This document shows positions 1 to 8,947 of a stretch of 64,000 nt of DNA, piece by piece (position 1 is the first letter of the stretch; each line of letters opens with the position of its first letter). A program made the translations under genes and the position numbers. Origin of the DNA: Gemmatimonadota bacterium (GTDB lineage Bacteria; Gemmatimonadota; Gemmatimonadetes; Palauibacterales; Palauibacteraceae); NCBI GenBank assembly GCA_963666735.1, contig OY762926.1, forward strand, positions 406,734-470,733, given 5' to 3'. The notes under the pieces are model-generated. The model worked only from the letters and a program-made list of their open reading frames with translations. It did no database searches and had not been told where the DNA came from.

Positions 1-918
1 CGCGTCGTTTCCGAGAACCTGACCGTGAGGAACAAACCCATCTATACGAGTCACCCGCCGGCACCTGATCCTGTAGCGAAACAAGATGACGAGACAAACT
101 TCCTGCTGCGTATGGCCAAGACCGGCGATCAGAGGAAATACGGGCACCGCGTGATGGTGAGACCGGATCAGCCCGCGCTCACACAGATTCGAGAACACAA
201 GAAGGTGGTGCGGCCGCACAAGGATTATGCGCAGCAGGTCATCGAGACGTTGGCGAACATGCGGTTCCTCGATCTCCTCCCCGATAGAATGCGTCGACCG
301 GCATTCCCTGGGCAGAGCACCTTAGGGGACAGAGGCGAGAACCTGCCCACGGTGCTCAAGGAGATCTGTGAGGACCCTTCTCGCCGCAGTGCCCTGGTGT
401 CATGGATCCGAGAACTGACCCCAATGGATGTAGAGGATCTCAAATTCGTCAGCGACCCGACGACGGGATTGATCCAACTCGTATTCCGTGAGACGGATGG
501 AAGCGATATCTCAGCCTATTCCGCTTCTGATGGGACGCTCCGGTTCCTCGCTGTACTGGCGGCTCTTCTGGCGAAGAATCCTGTGGGTCTGCATGTATTC
601 GAAGAGATCGATAACGGCATTCACCCGTCGCGCCTGCGGTTGCTACTCGATCTGATCGAAAGTCAGACCAAGAAGGGGCGGACGCAGGTTGTAACCACAA
701 CTCACTCCCCAGGCCTCCTCTCGATGGTTGGCGACGAGACCTTCGACAGCACGGGTGTGGTCGTCCGGCGACCGCATGCGAACGATAGTGTCATTGCCTC
801 GGTGGCAAACCTTCCCGACGCCAAAAACCTGAGAGGATCCACGGGCCTCGGCAGCCTGCTCGAGTCGAACTGGCTGGAGGATGCCGTGATCTTTATGCTC
901 CCGGACGACGGCACTTGA
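1..918 (+). CDS. AAA_21/ABC-type ATPase, C-terminal part (5' end lies outside window); OLD/Gabija-family-like ATPase component
   Basis: Reading frame is open back to window position 1 (first in-window start GTG at 25). Walker B/D-loop-like 'LHVFEEIDNGIHP' and H-loop-like 'VVTTTHSPGLL' present; no Walker A in window, so the N-terminus is upstream. A TOPRIM-like gene follows 10 bp downstream. Confidence 0.7.
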   Translation, partial: RVVSENLTVRNKPIYTSHPPAPDPVAKQDDETNFLLRMAKTGDQRKYGHRVMVRPDQPALTQIREHKKVVRPHKDYAQQVIETLANMRFLDLLPDRMRRPAFPGQSTLGDRGENLPTVLKEICEDPSRRSALVSWIRELTPMDVEDLKFVSDPTTGLIQLVFRETDGSDISAYSASDGTLRFLAVLAALLAKNPVGLHVFEEIDNGIHPSRLRLLLDLIESQTKKGRTQVVTTTHSPGLLSMVGDETFDSTGVVVRRPHANDSVIASVANLPDAKNLRGSTGLGSLLESNWLEDAVIFMLPDDGT

Positions 919-928
919 GGATCCTGAA

Positions 929-1510
929 TTGAACGTGCTCATCATCCCGGAGGACTTTCGCAACGATCAGTACATCCTGCGGCCGCTCTTCCAACGGCTC
1001 TTTCGGCGTCTCGGAAAGCCAACTGCGAGGATCCGAGTTTGTCAGAATCCGCGATTGGGAGGAGTCGATCAGGCTCTGAGAGTCGAGCGCCTTGCCGCGA
1101 TCGTCGAGCAGTATCGCGGGATGACCGACCTATTCATTCTCTGCGTTGATCGCGATGGGCAGGTTGGCCGACGGAGTCGACTCGACAGCATCGAACGGCA
1201 GTTGGCCGGTCCGCCCGTATTCCTGGCCGAGAATGCCTGGGAGGAGCTGGAGACCTGGCTTCTGGCCGGCGTGCAGCTTCCAGCCGGTTGGCATTGGTCG
1301 CAGGTCCGAGCCGAAGTACACGTCAAGGAGGCGTACTTCGAAAGGCTCGCACGGCGCCGGGGTCTGGAGGACCATCCGGGAGGAGGACGCAAGCCACTCG
1401 GGGAGGAAGCGGCGCGGAGCGTGGAAGGTATTCGGACGAAGTGCCAGGAGGACTTCGACGCGTTGGCCCGACGGATTGAGGACTGGCTGGCTCTACCAAT
1501 AGGGACGTGA
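929..1510 (+). CDS. DUF4276-like / TOPRIM-like small protein, partner of the upstream ATPase
   Basis: TTG start 8 nt after a GAGGA. 'NVLIIPEDFRND' (conserved Glu) and 'FILCVDRDGQ' (DxD) fit the TOPRIM acidic signature; tightly linked to the AAA_21 ATPase (10-bp gap), and its stop overlaps the next gene start. Confidence 0.55.
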   Translation: MNVLIIPEDFRNDQYILRPLFQRLFRRLGKPTARIRVCQNPRLGGVDQALRVERLAAIVEQYRGMTDLFILCVDRDGQVGRRSRLDSIERQLAGPPVFLAENAWEELETWLLAGVQLPAGWHWSQVRAEVHVKEAYFERLARRRGLEDHPGGGRKPLGEEAARSVEGIRTKCQEDFDALARRIEDWLALPIGT

Positions 1511-2787
1511 CTGACATCCATCTTAGGGACCGCGACCTCGCCCTACTGCAAGGAGATGCGGGGGAGGGCACGCGGCTCGCGATGTCGATCCTCGCGCGCA
1601 TGGCCGATGTGGCCGGGGCGCGGGAACTGCTCGACATCACGGCGGCGCACATCGATTCGTCGCTCTACCAGGGACCGGCGACGCTCGAATTCGCGGAGCG
1701 TCTGGCCGAGGGCGGCGCACGGGTCCGGGTCCCGACGACGCTCAACGTGTCGGGCGTGGACGAACACGGATGGCGCGAGTGGGACGTATCCGAATCCTGG
1801 GCGGAACCGGCGCGCCGCCAGATGGAGGCGTACGAGGCGATGGGTTGCGAGCCCACCTGGACGTGCGCGCCGTATCAGACACAGCCGCGCCCGGGGGTCG
1901 GGGAGCAGGTGGCGTGGGGCGAGTCGAGCGCGATCGTGTTCGCGAACTCGGTGCTGGGCGCGCGCACCGAGCGCTACCCGGACCTGCTGGACATCTGTTG
2001 CGCGGTCACGGGCCGGGCCCCGGCCGCGGGGCTCCACCTGACCGGGAATCGAGCGGGGCAGGTGCTCGTCGATCTATCGGGCGTCCCGCGGCGGCTCGCC
2101 GAGGAGCCGGCGCTGTACCCGGTGCTGGGACACTGGACCGGGTTGCGCGTGGAGGGGCGGATCCCGGTGCTCGACGGACTTCGGGCCCGGCCGGGAGAGG
2201 ACGACCTGAAGGCGCTGGGCGCCGCCATGGCCTCCTCCGGCGCCGTAGGCCTGTTCCACTGGGTCAGCCTCACGCCGGAGGCGCCGGACCTGGACGCGGC
2301 GTTTCAGGGGAGGGGACCGGCGACTCGGCTGCGTCCGGGGCCCGCGGCGCTGCGAGCGGCGCGGGATGAACTCGGCTCGGGGCTGTCCGACGCGGACGGG
2401 CTCGACCTCGTCGTGCTGGGGAGCCCGCACTTCTCACTGTCGGAATTCGCGGGTCTAGCCCGGCTCGTGGAAGGGCGGCGGCGTCACCCGGGCGTTCGCG
2501 TGCTCATCACGACGGGCCGCGCGGTACGCGCGCTGGCGCGGGAGGCCGGGTACCTCGACGCGATTGAACGGTTCGGAGGCGAACTGACCGTGGACACCTG
2601 CATCCTGACGACGCCCATGCTGCCCGAGAGCATCCGGCGACTCATGACCAACTCCGCCAAGTACGCCTGGTACACCCCCGGCTTGCTCGATCGCGCCGTC
2701 GCCTTCGGGAGCCTGGCAGACTGTGTGGATTCTGCCGTCGCCGGGCGCGTCACGCGGGACGACGGCGCATGGACCGCCGAACCGTGA
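1507..2787 (+). CDS. Aconitase X (AcnX) large/catalytic subunit, DUF521 family (cis-3-hydroxy-L-proline dehydratase-like, type IIa)
   Basis: 426 aa; GTG start overlapping the upstream stop; family-typical segments 'HIDSSLYQGPATLEFAERLAEGGARVRVPTTLNVSG' and 'CAPYQ'. Followed by a DUF126 small subunit. Confidence 0.7.
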   Translation: MTDIHLRDRDLALLQGDAGEGTRLAMSILARMADVAGARELLDITAAHIDSSLYQGPATLEFAERLAEGGARVRVPTTLNVSGVDEHGWREWDVSESWAEPARRQMEAYEAMGCEPTWTCAPYQTQPRPGVGEQVAWGESSAIVFANSVLGARTERYPDLLDICCAVTGRAPAAGLHLTGNRAGQVLVDLSGVPRRLAEEPALYPVLGHWTGLRVEGRIPVLDGLRARPGEDDLKALGAAMASSGAVGLFHWVSLTPEAPDLDAAFQGRGPATRLRPGPAALRAARDELGSGLSDADGLDLVVLGSPHFSLSEFAGLARLVEGRRRHPGVRVLITTGRAVRALAREAGYLDAIERFGGELTVDTCILTTPMLPESIRRLMTNSAKYAWYTPGLLDRAVAFGSLADCVDSAVAGRVTRDDGAWTAEP

Positions 2788-3224
2788 GTGATCGACGGGC
2801 CGCATCGGGTTCCGGTCCGCTGGCCGGCCGAGCGCTCGTCCCGGGTGCCGCGGAAGGCGCCGTCCTCTACTCCTCCGAGCCGCTCAGCTTCTGGGGCGGC
2901 TACGACGCCGAGACCGGGGAGATCATCGACCGGCGCCATCCGCTGGTCGGCCGGATCGGGGCCGGCCGCATCCTGGCCATCCCGGCGACCCGCGGGTCCA
3001 GCACGACGACCGCCGTCCTCCTCGAAGCCATCCGCCGCGGCACGGCCCCGGCGGCGTTTCTGACCCGCGGCCCCGACACCTTCCTCGCGCTCGCCGCCAT
3101 AGTCGCCGCCCAGCTCTACGCCCGGTCTCCGCCGGTCGTCGCACTCTCCTCTGCAGACTTCGAGAAGGTAGAGGAGATCCATCGCGCCCGCGTCGACTCC
3201 GCAGGCGCGATTATACCCATCTAA
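2769..3224 (+). CDS. Aconitase X small/swivel subunit, DUF126 family
   Basis: 151 aa; 'GRALVPGAAEGAVLYSSEPLSFWGGYDAETGEIID', typical of the AcnX small subunit. Alternative GTG start at 2784 overlaps the large-subunit stop (GTGA). Confidence 0.7.
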   Translation: MDRRTVSDRRAASGSGPLAGRALVPGAAEGAVLYSSEPLSFWGGYDAETGEIIDRRHPLVGRIGAGRILAIPATRGSSTTTAVLLEAIRRGTAPAAFLTRGPDTFLALAAIVAAQLYARSPPVVALSSADFEKVEEIHRARVDSAGAIIPI

Positions 3225-3238
3225 ATCTAAACCGGAAT

Positions 3239-4711
3239 TCAGCGCCGGTAGTCGAGCGGCGGCGGGCGGTCGCCCAGCAGCGCCTCGTATGCGAAGTTCA
3301 AGCCGCGCCGCTCCGTCAGTTCCTCCCACGCCGAGGCGATCACGTTCGGCGACTGGAAGAGTTCGATCGTGGTCAGCGCAAGCGTCTTGGCCGCGACCAT
3401 CATCCCCTTCGTGCCGATGTCCGTGCCGCCGGCCGCGACCGCCTGCCAGCTGTGCGCGGAAGTGCCCGGCACCCACGTGGCCGTCCCGAGACCTGCGGTC
3501 GGCACGACCCAGCTGATGTCGCCCACGTCGGTCGACCCGCCGCCGACGCCCTCGACGCCGAACTCGACGATCTCGCTCTCTGATCCCAGCGGCCGCGAAG
3601 GGCCGCCCTCGAAGGTGGCCTGGATCTGCCGGGCGAAGGCGCGTTCCGCCTCCGTGTACTCCACGCCGCCCACCTTGCGCAGATTCGCGTCCATCACCTT
3701 GCCGAGGGCGACGTTGGGCACGAGGTCGTACAGCCCGTGGATGACCTCGTACTCCATCTCCGTCCCCGTCCCGAGCGCCGCACCCTCGGCCGCCCGCGCC
3801 ACGCGTTCGAACAGCTCCAGCACCGTCGGGGCGTAGGGGTGCCGTACGTAGTAATAGACCTCGGCGAAGTCCGGCACGACGTTGGGGGCGAACCCGCCCT
3901 GCGTGATGACGTAGTGGATGCGCGTCTCCTGCGGGACGTGTTCGCGCATGAGGTTCACCATGTGGTTCATCGCCTCCACCCCGTCGAGGGCGCTACGCCC
4001 CCGGTCCGGCGCCCCCGCGGCGTGCGCGGAGTAGCCGCTGAAGCGGAACTTCGCCGACTTGTTGGCGAGCGAGCGTCCGGCCTGTGCGCTGTTCCGCGAA
4101 CTCGGGTGCCAGTGCAGCGCCACGTCCACATCGTCGAACAGGCCGTCGCGCACCATGTACACCTTGCCCGCGCCGCCCTCCTCGGCCGGCGTGCCGTAGA
4201 GCCGGATCGTCCCCTCATGGCCCGACTCGTCGAGCCACTCCTTGACCGCGATGGCCGCCGCCACGGAGCCGGTGCCGAACAGGTGGTGGCCGCACGCGTG
4301 ACCCGCGCCCCCCTCGATGATGGGCGAGCGCTCCGGCACCGCATCCTGCGAGATGCCCGGCAGGGCGTCGTATTCCGCCAGGATCCCGATGATCGGCCCT
4401 CCGGAACCGTAGCTCGCCACGAAGGCGGTGGGCATCCCCGCAACCCCGGATTCGACGGAGAACCCGGCCGCCTCGAGTTCGCCCTTCAGCAACTCGGAAC
4501 TCTGCTCCTCCTGGTAGCCGACCTCGGCCCACTCCCAGATCTGCCGCGCGACGCCCGCGTAGTGGTCGCGACGCGCCTCAATGCCCGCGATCTGCGCGTC
4601 CTGAGCCGCCGCCACGAGGGGCAGCGGGAATACGGCCACGAAGGCGCCGACGAGGAGCCGGCGGCCGAGGAGCTTCCTGTTCGCGACGGGACTTCCGGCT
4701 GACATGGACAT
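3239..4711 (-). CDS. M20D-family amidohydrolase (AbgB / hippurate hydrolase-like), secreted
   Basis: Start trimmed to M136 of the 625-aa track ORF ('MSMSAGSPVANRKLLGRRLLVGAFVAVFPLPLVAAAQ' signal peptide). 'GHACGHH' metal-binding motif; 'GTPAEEGGAGK'. The upstream 135 codons are Arg/Pro-rich GC artefact. Confidence 0.75.
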   Translation of the reverse strand: MSMSAGSPVANRKLLGRRLLVGAFVAVFPLPLVAAAQDAQIAGIEARRDHYAGVARQIWEWAEVGYQEEQSSELLKGELEAAGFSVESGVAGMPTAFVASYGSGGPIIGILAEYDALPGISQDAVPERSPIIEGGAGHACGHHLFGTGSVAAAIAVKEWLDESGHEGTIRLYGTPAEEGGAGKVYMVRDGLFDDVDVALHWHPSSRNSAQAGRSLANKSAKFRFSGYSAHAAGAPDRGRSALDGVEAMNHMVNLMREHVPQETRIHYVITQGGFAPNVVPDFAEVYYYVRHPYAPTVLELFERVARAAEGAALGTGTEMEYEVIHGLYDLVPNVALGKVMDANLRKVGGVEYTEAERAFARQIQATFEGGPSRPLGSESEIVEFGVEGVGGGSTDVGDISWVVPTAGLGTATWVPGTSAHSWQAVAAGGTDIGTKGMMVAAKTLALTTIELFQSPNVIASAWEELTERRGLNFAYEALLGDRPPPLDYRR

Positions 4712-4826
4712 GCTTCTGGAACTCCTCGAAGGGGGACGGATAGAACGGTCTGGAGAAGCTGGCCCGGCGAAGCGCGTCTGGCTAGCCTTGCTCGCCATTT
4801 CTCGTACCGGTCGCGGAGGGTTGGGG

Positions 4827-5699
4827 GTGGAGAAAACGAAGTTTCCGGGGGTTCTGTGCGTACTGGCCGCGGCCCTCACGGCCGTGCCCGCGGAATCCTT
4901 GCAGGAAGCACGGGAAGAAACGGACCCGAGTTGGGAGTACAACGCCGAGTTGAGCCTGCTCTTCACGTCGGGCAACTCGACCGTTCGCACCTTCGGAATC
5001 GGCGGAGGAGCCCGGCGTGAGTGGGCAGGCGGTGAGCTGTCCCTGCGCGCGGGCGGCCTTCGGACCGAGTCCGGCACGACCCGGCGCATCGCCGTCGGCA
5101 CGGCGGAAGACTTCACGGTGAGGAGCGAGTCCGATCCCGAGCCGACGGCCGAGAACTACTTCGCGCGGGGCGAGTTCGAGCGTTCGTTCTCGGACCATGT
5201 CCACCTTACGATGGGCGCCGGCTGGGAGCGGAACACCTTCGCGGGGTACGAGAGCAAGCTCTCCCTGGTCGGCGGCATCGGAAACGTGTGGATCGACAAC
5301 GAGAGGACCCGGCTCAAGAGCGACTACGGGTTGACCCTCACCGCCCAGAACGACGTCATCGAGGATCCCGGCAAGAGCTCGACGTTCGGCGGAGTCCGCG
5401 TCTCCACCAGCTTTCGGCGCCAATTGACGGAGACGGCCAACCTCGAGAGCACGCTGACGCTGGACGAGAACCTCACGGATGCCGCGGACCTCCGCGCCGA
5501 TCTCGCCAACTCCCTGGCGGTCGACATCAACAGCTCCCTGGCCGTGAAGACGGGCCTCCGCCTCGTGTGGGACAACGCGCCGGCCCTCACGCGGGCGCCG
5601 CTGGAGGAGCCCGGAGGGATCTCGGCCGGTGAGACGGTTCTCGTCCCGCGCCACAAGCTGGACTCCACGCTGACGATCGCGCTCGTCGCCAACTTCTGA
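4827..5699 (+). CDS. DUF481-family outer-membrane beta-barrel protein (YdiY-like)
   Basis: GTG start after a GGAGG; signal peptide 'KFPGVLCVLAAALTAVPAES'; alternating amphipathic beta-strand pattern ending '...LTIALVANF' (C-terminal aromatic residue). Confidence 0.55.
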   Translation: MEKTKFPGVLCVLAAALTAVPAESLQEAREETDPSWEYNAELSLLFTSGNSTVRTFGIGGGARREWAGGELSLRAGGLRTESGTTRRIAVGTAEDFTVRSESDPEPTAENYFARGEFERSFSDHVHLTMGAGWERNTFAGYESKLSLVGGIGNVWIDNERTRLKSDYGLTLTAQNDVIEDPGKSSTFGGVRVSTSFRRQLTETANLESTLTLDENLTDAADLRADLANSLAVDINSSLAVKTGLRLVWDNAPALTRAPLEEPGGISAGETVLVPRHKLDSTLTIALVANF

Positions 5700-6302
5700 C
5701 CCCGCGAGCGGCCCGTCCCGCGCCCGGAACCGGGGCGCTCCAGCCCGGGACGGGAAGCTCCGCGAGCCCCTCGGTGACTCGCTGGCCTGCGGTCATGCCT
5801 CCGACGATGAAGGCTCGGTCGCCCGCCAGTGCGATGCCGCGGTGGTCCATCGTGGACGTGCCCGGCGCCTCGGCCGCGATCCAGCTCTCGGTCGCGACAC
5901 CGAAGGCGAACGCACCCGCCCAGGGCTCGGCCGTCCGTCCGTCGTATCCGATCCCGTCTCCCGCGATGCCTCCCGCGTATCCGAAGACGGGCGGACCCGG
6001 GATCGGCGTCGCCTGCTCCCAGGCGTTCCGCTCCGGATCGTAGATCTGGACGGCGGCCACGTTGTCCGAGTCGTGCCAGCCCGAGACGAGGTAGATCAGC
6101 GAGTCGCGCCACACGCCCGAGACGGCGTCGTCCACGGGTAGGGGCATGGGAGCGGCGGCGGGGCATCCGGGCCGGAATCCCCGCTGTTCCCGGGCGTCCC
6201 GCACCCGGTGCCCGCGAGCGCCGCCCCCAGGCTGAAGGCGCGAAGCCCGGCACGCACGGGGATCGGCGCCCCGTGCGGCAGGACCGGCCTCACGGCCTGC
6301 AT
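5587..6302 (-). pseudogene. Kelch-repeat (galactose-oxidase-like beta-propeller) lipoprotein remnant, frameshifted/truncated
   Basis: Frame ending at 6096 encodes a lipoprotein-like signal 'LAGTGCGT'. The overlapping frame 6204..5587 encodes about 2-3 Kelch blades ('LIYLVSGWHD...VQIYDPERNAWEQATPIPGP', 'DRAFIVGGM') and then Arg/Ala-rich nonsense. Too short for a full propeller. Confidence 0.3.
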
Positions 6303-6314
6303 GTCATCCGCATG

Positions 6315-7055
6315 TCAGAAGAACCCGAGCTGGTCCGGGGGCGTGTCGCCGGCAGCGGGGCGCTCCCGCCAGCCCGCTGCCTCCCGGATCGGGGCGCTCC
6401 GCGGCTTCGCGCAGGCCGCATCGTCCGCGGCCACGCGGTTGACCCGGCGGCTGACCGCGAACACCTCCAGCGTCTCCGCGTCGAACGGCTGCAGCGGCGC
6501 CATGGTGCGCTCCGAGATGTCGAGATCGAGCCACATCTGCGCGCCCTCGCCCTCGAGGATGACCGGCATGCGGCCGTGCAGCGGTTCGAGCAACTCGTTC
6601 GCGTCCGTCGTGACGATCGTGCAGGAGGGGATCGGGCCGTTCGGTCCCGGCCACACGTCCCACAGGCCCGCGAGCGCCATCGGCTCCCGGTCCCGCCGCC
6701 GGATGAGGTACGGCTGCCTCAGGCCGCCCTCCTTCCGCCACTCGTAGAAGCCGTCGGAAAGGACAGCGCAGCGCCGGTCGATGAGGAGGTCGCGAAATGC
6801 CCGCCGGGTCTCGAGCGACTCGGAGCGGGCGTTGATCATGAGCGGGAGCGAAGCGGGGTCCTCCGCCCAGTGCGGGATCAGTCCCCAGCGCAGCAAGACG
6901 AGTTCGCGCCCCGCCTCTCCTCGCCGCAGCGCGATGACATCGTCGGTGGGCGCCACGTTGAACCGAGCCCCCCGGTCGCCGAGTCGCGACGGGTCGGCCT
7001 CGAAGAGTTCGGCCAGGTCCGGAACCGGGGTCCGAAGGCTGAATCGTCCGCACAT
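6315..7055 (-). CDS. yedK: SOS-response-associated peptidase (SRAP/YedK/HMCES family, DUF159); abasic-site DNA-protein crosslink protein
   Basis: Start trimmed to 'MCGRFSL' (catalytic Cys2 directly after Met1). Family-typical 'FNVAPTD', 'RWGLIP.W'. Confidence 0.8.
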   Translation of the reverse strand: MCGRFSLRTPVPDLAELFEADPSRLGDRGARFNVAPTDDVIALRRGEAGRELVLLRWGLIPHWAEDPASLPLMINARSESLETRRAFRDLLIDRRCAVLSDGFYEWRKEGGLRQPYLIRRRDREPMALAGLWDVWPGPNGPIPSCTIVTTDANELLEPLHGRMPVILEGEGAQMWLDLDISERTMAPLQPFDAETLEVFAVSRRVNRVAADDAACAKPRSAPIREAAGWRERPAAGDTPPDQLGFF

Positions 7056-7184
7056 GCCGCCAAGGTAACGCGCGGCACAGCCGGCGGCCCCGTTGCGGGT
7101 CCCGGCGCGCGCGCCGACAATCCTCCGGCCCGGTGACCGAGCCGGGCCTTGTTCCCCGAACCGCAAACCAGCCACTCGAAGGGC

Positions 7185-8048
7185 ATGGATCAGATGAAGA
7201 TCGCACTCGTCCAGCAGTCAGCCGGACCCGACCGCACCCACAACCTCGAGCGGGCGCTCGACGCGATGGGGCGCGCCGCGTCGGAGGGTGCCGGTCTCGT
7301 CGCGTTCCCCGAACTTGCGATCGACCGCTTCTTCCCGCAGCGGCCGGACGACCCCGGCGCCGCGGAGATCGCGGAGCCGATCCCCGGCCCCACCTGCGAC
7401 CGAATCGCCGCCCGCGCCGGCGAACTCGGACTCGTCACCGTGTTCAACCAGTACGAACTCGGGCCCGACGGGGGATGCTACGACAGCACACCCGTCTTCG
7501 ACGCGAACGGCTCGCTGCTCGGCGTGACGCGCATGATGCACATCACCGAGTACGCGTGCTTCCACGAGCAGCACTACTACGCGAAGGGCGACACGGACGC
7601 GCTCGTCTACGACACCGCCGTGGGACGGGTGGGCGTCGCGATCTGCTACGACCGCCACTATCCGGAGTACATGCGGCGGCTGGGGGAACAGGGGGCGCAG
7701 CTCGTCGTCATCCCGCAGGCCGGGGCGGTCGGAGAGTGGCCCGAAGGGTTGTTCGAAGCCGAGTTGCGCGTGGCGGCCTTCCAGAACGGCTACTTCGCCG
7801 CGCTGGCCAACCGGGTCGGCGCGGAGCCCCGCCTCACGTTTGCCGGAGAGTCCTTCGCCGTCGATCCCGAGGGCGTCGTCCTTGCACGGGCGCCGGAAGG
7901 GGAAGAGACGATTCTCTACGCCGACGTGGACCTCTCGCGGTGCGCGGCCTCCACCGCGCGGCGGCTGTTCTGGCGCGACCGGCGCCCGGACGTGTATGCA
8001 CGGTGGACAGAGCGCCTCGCCACGGCGTCGGCCGTGCCCGGCCGCTGA
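7185..8048 (+). CDS. Carbon-nitrogen hydrolase (nitrilase superfamily) protein
   Basis: 'MDQMKIALVQQ' start; 'AFPEL' (catalytic Glu), 'VAICYD' (catalytic Cys) motifs. Confidence 0.75.
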   Translation: MDQMKIALVQQSAGPDRTHNLERALDAMGRAASEGAGLVAFPELAIDRFFPQRPDDPGAAEIAEPIPGPTCDRIAARAGELGLVTVFNQYELGPDGGCYDSTPVFDANGSLLGVTRMMHITEYACFHEQHYYAKGDTDALVYDTAVGRVGVAICYDRHYPEYMRRLGEQGAQLVVIPQAGAVGEWPEGLFEAELRVAAFQNGYFAALANRVGAEPRLTFAGESFAVDPEGVVLARAPEGEETILYADVDLSRCAASTARRLFWRDRRPDVYARWTERLATASAVPGR

Positions 8049-8077
8049 CTCAGGCCGTCCGCCGCCGGCTCCCGCTC

Positions 8078-8941
8078 GTGGAACTCCTCATCATCGTGGC
8101 CGTCCTCGTCGGCCTCATGGCCGTCGTTCGGCTCTTCATGCCCCGGATCGTCCCCTTCTTCGTCTTCTATCCGGAAACGCTCGAACCGCACGAGACCCAC
8201 CCGCGGTACTGGGGATTCCCGCAGGCCACCGAGGTGCGCATCCCGACGGAGGACGCCGTCGAACTGCACGCGTGGTGGTTTCCCGCGAACCCGCCGGAAT
8301 CCAGGCGCGGGACCGCGATCTACTTCCACGGAAACGCCGGGCACCTGGGAGATCGCGGGGCGGTGGCCGCGGCGCTCTCGAACCTCGGACTCGACATCCT
8401 CCTGCCCGACTATCGAGGCTACGGAGCGAGCGGGGGGAAGCCCTCGGAGGAGGGACTCTACGCGGACGCGAGAGCCGCATACCGCTGGCTGGTGGACCGG
8501 CGGGGCGCCGATCCGGAGCGGCTCCTTCCCCTGGGGAACTCTCTCGGAAGCTCCGTGGCGGCGGAACTGGCGGTCACCCGCCCGGTGGCCGGCGTCGTTC
8601 TTCTCGGGCCGTTCACGGATACCCCGGCGATCGCCCGGCACCGCCTGTCCTGGCTCCCCGACTGGTACCTGGACTGGCTGCACAACCGCTTCGACACGCT
8701 GGACCGGGCGCCCCGCATCGAGGTGCCGACGTTCGTCGCCGCCGGCGAGGAGGACCAGGTCATTCCACCCGGACAGAGCCGCGAGGTCTTCGAGGCGCTG
8801 CGGGGACCGCGCCGCTGGCTCGAGATTCCGGGGGCGGGGCACAACGACATCTTCTCGCACGAGTTGCTGTGGCGAGAATTGCACCGCTTCACCCGGGACA
8901 TACTGGTTGGTGAGCCGCCCGAACGGCGACCGGAGCCCTGA
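8078..8941 (+). CDS. Alpha/beta hydrolase (S9/BAAT-like) with N-terminal TM anchor
   Basis: GTG start; TM 'LLIIVAVLVGLMAVV'; nucleophile elbow 'GNSLGS'; His in 'GAGHND'. Its stop (8939-8941) lies immediately next to the IS1182 left end. Confidence 0.7.
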   Translation: MELLIIVAVLVGLMAVVRLFMPRIVPFFVFYPETLEPHETHPRYWGFPQATEVRIPTEDAVELHAWWFPANPPESRRGTAIYFHGNAGHLGDRGAVAAALSNLGLDILLPDYRGYGASGGKPSEEGLYADARAAYRWLVDRRGADPERLLPLGNSLGSSVAAELAVTRPVAGVVLLGPFTDTPAIARHRLSWLPDWYLDWLHNRFDTLDRAPRIEVPTFVAAGEEDQVIPPGQSREVFEALRGPRRWLEIPGAGHNDIFSHELLWRELHRFTRDILVGEPPERRPEP

Positions 8942-8947
8942 ACCGTC

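Noticed and set aside
3737-4702. 321-aa plus-strand ORF
   Set aside because: Antisense to the M20D amidohydrolase with its conserved GHACGHH motif.
5829-7136. 435-aa plus-strand ORF and overlapping 300-aa/309-aa minus ORFs
   Set aside because: Arg/Pro-rich composition with no motifs. The region is explained by the SRAP gene (minus) and the Kelch remnant.
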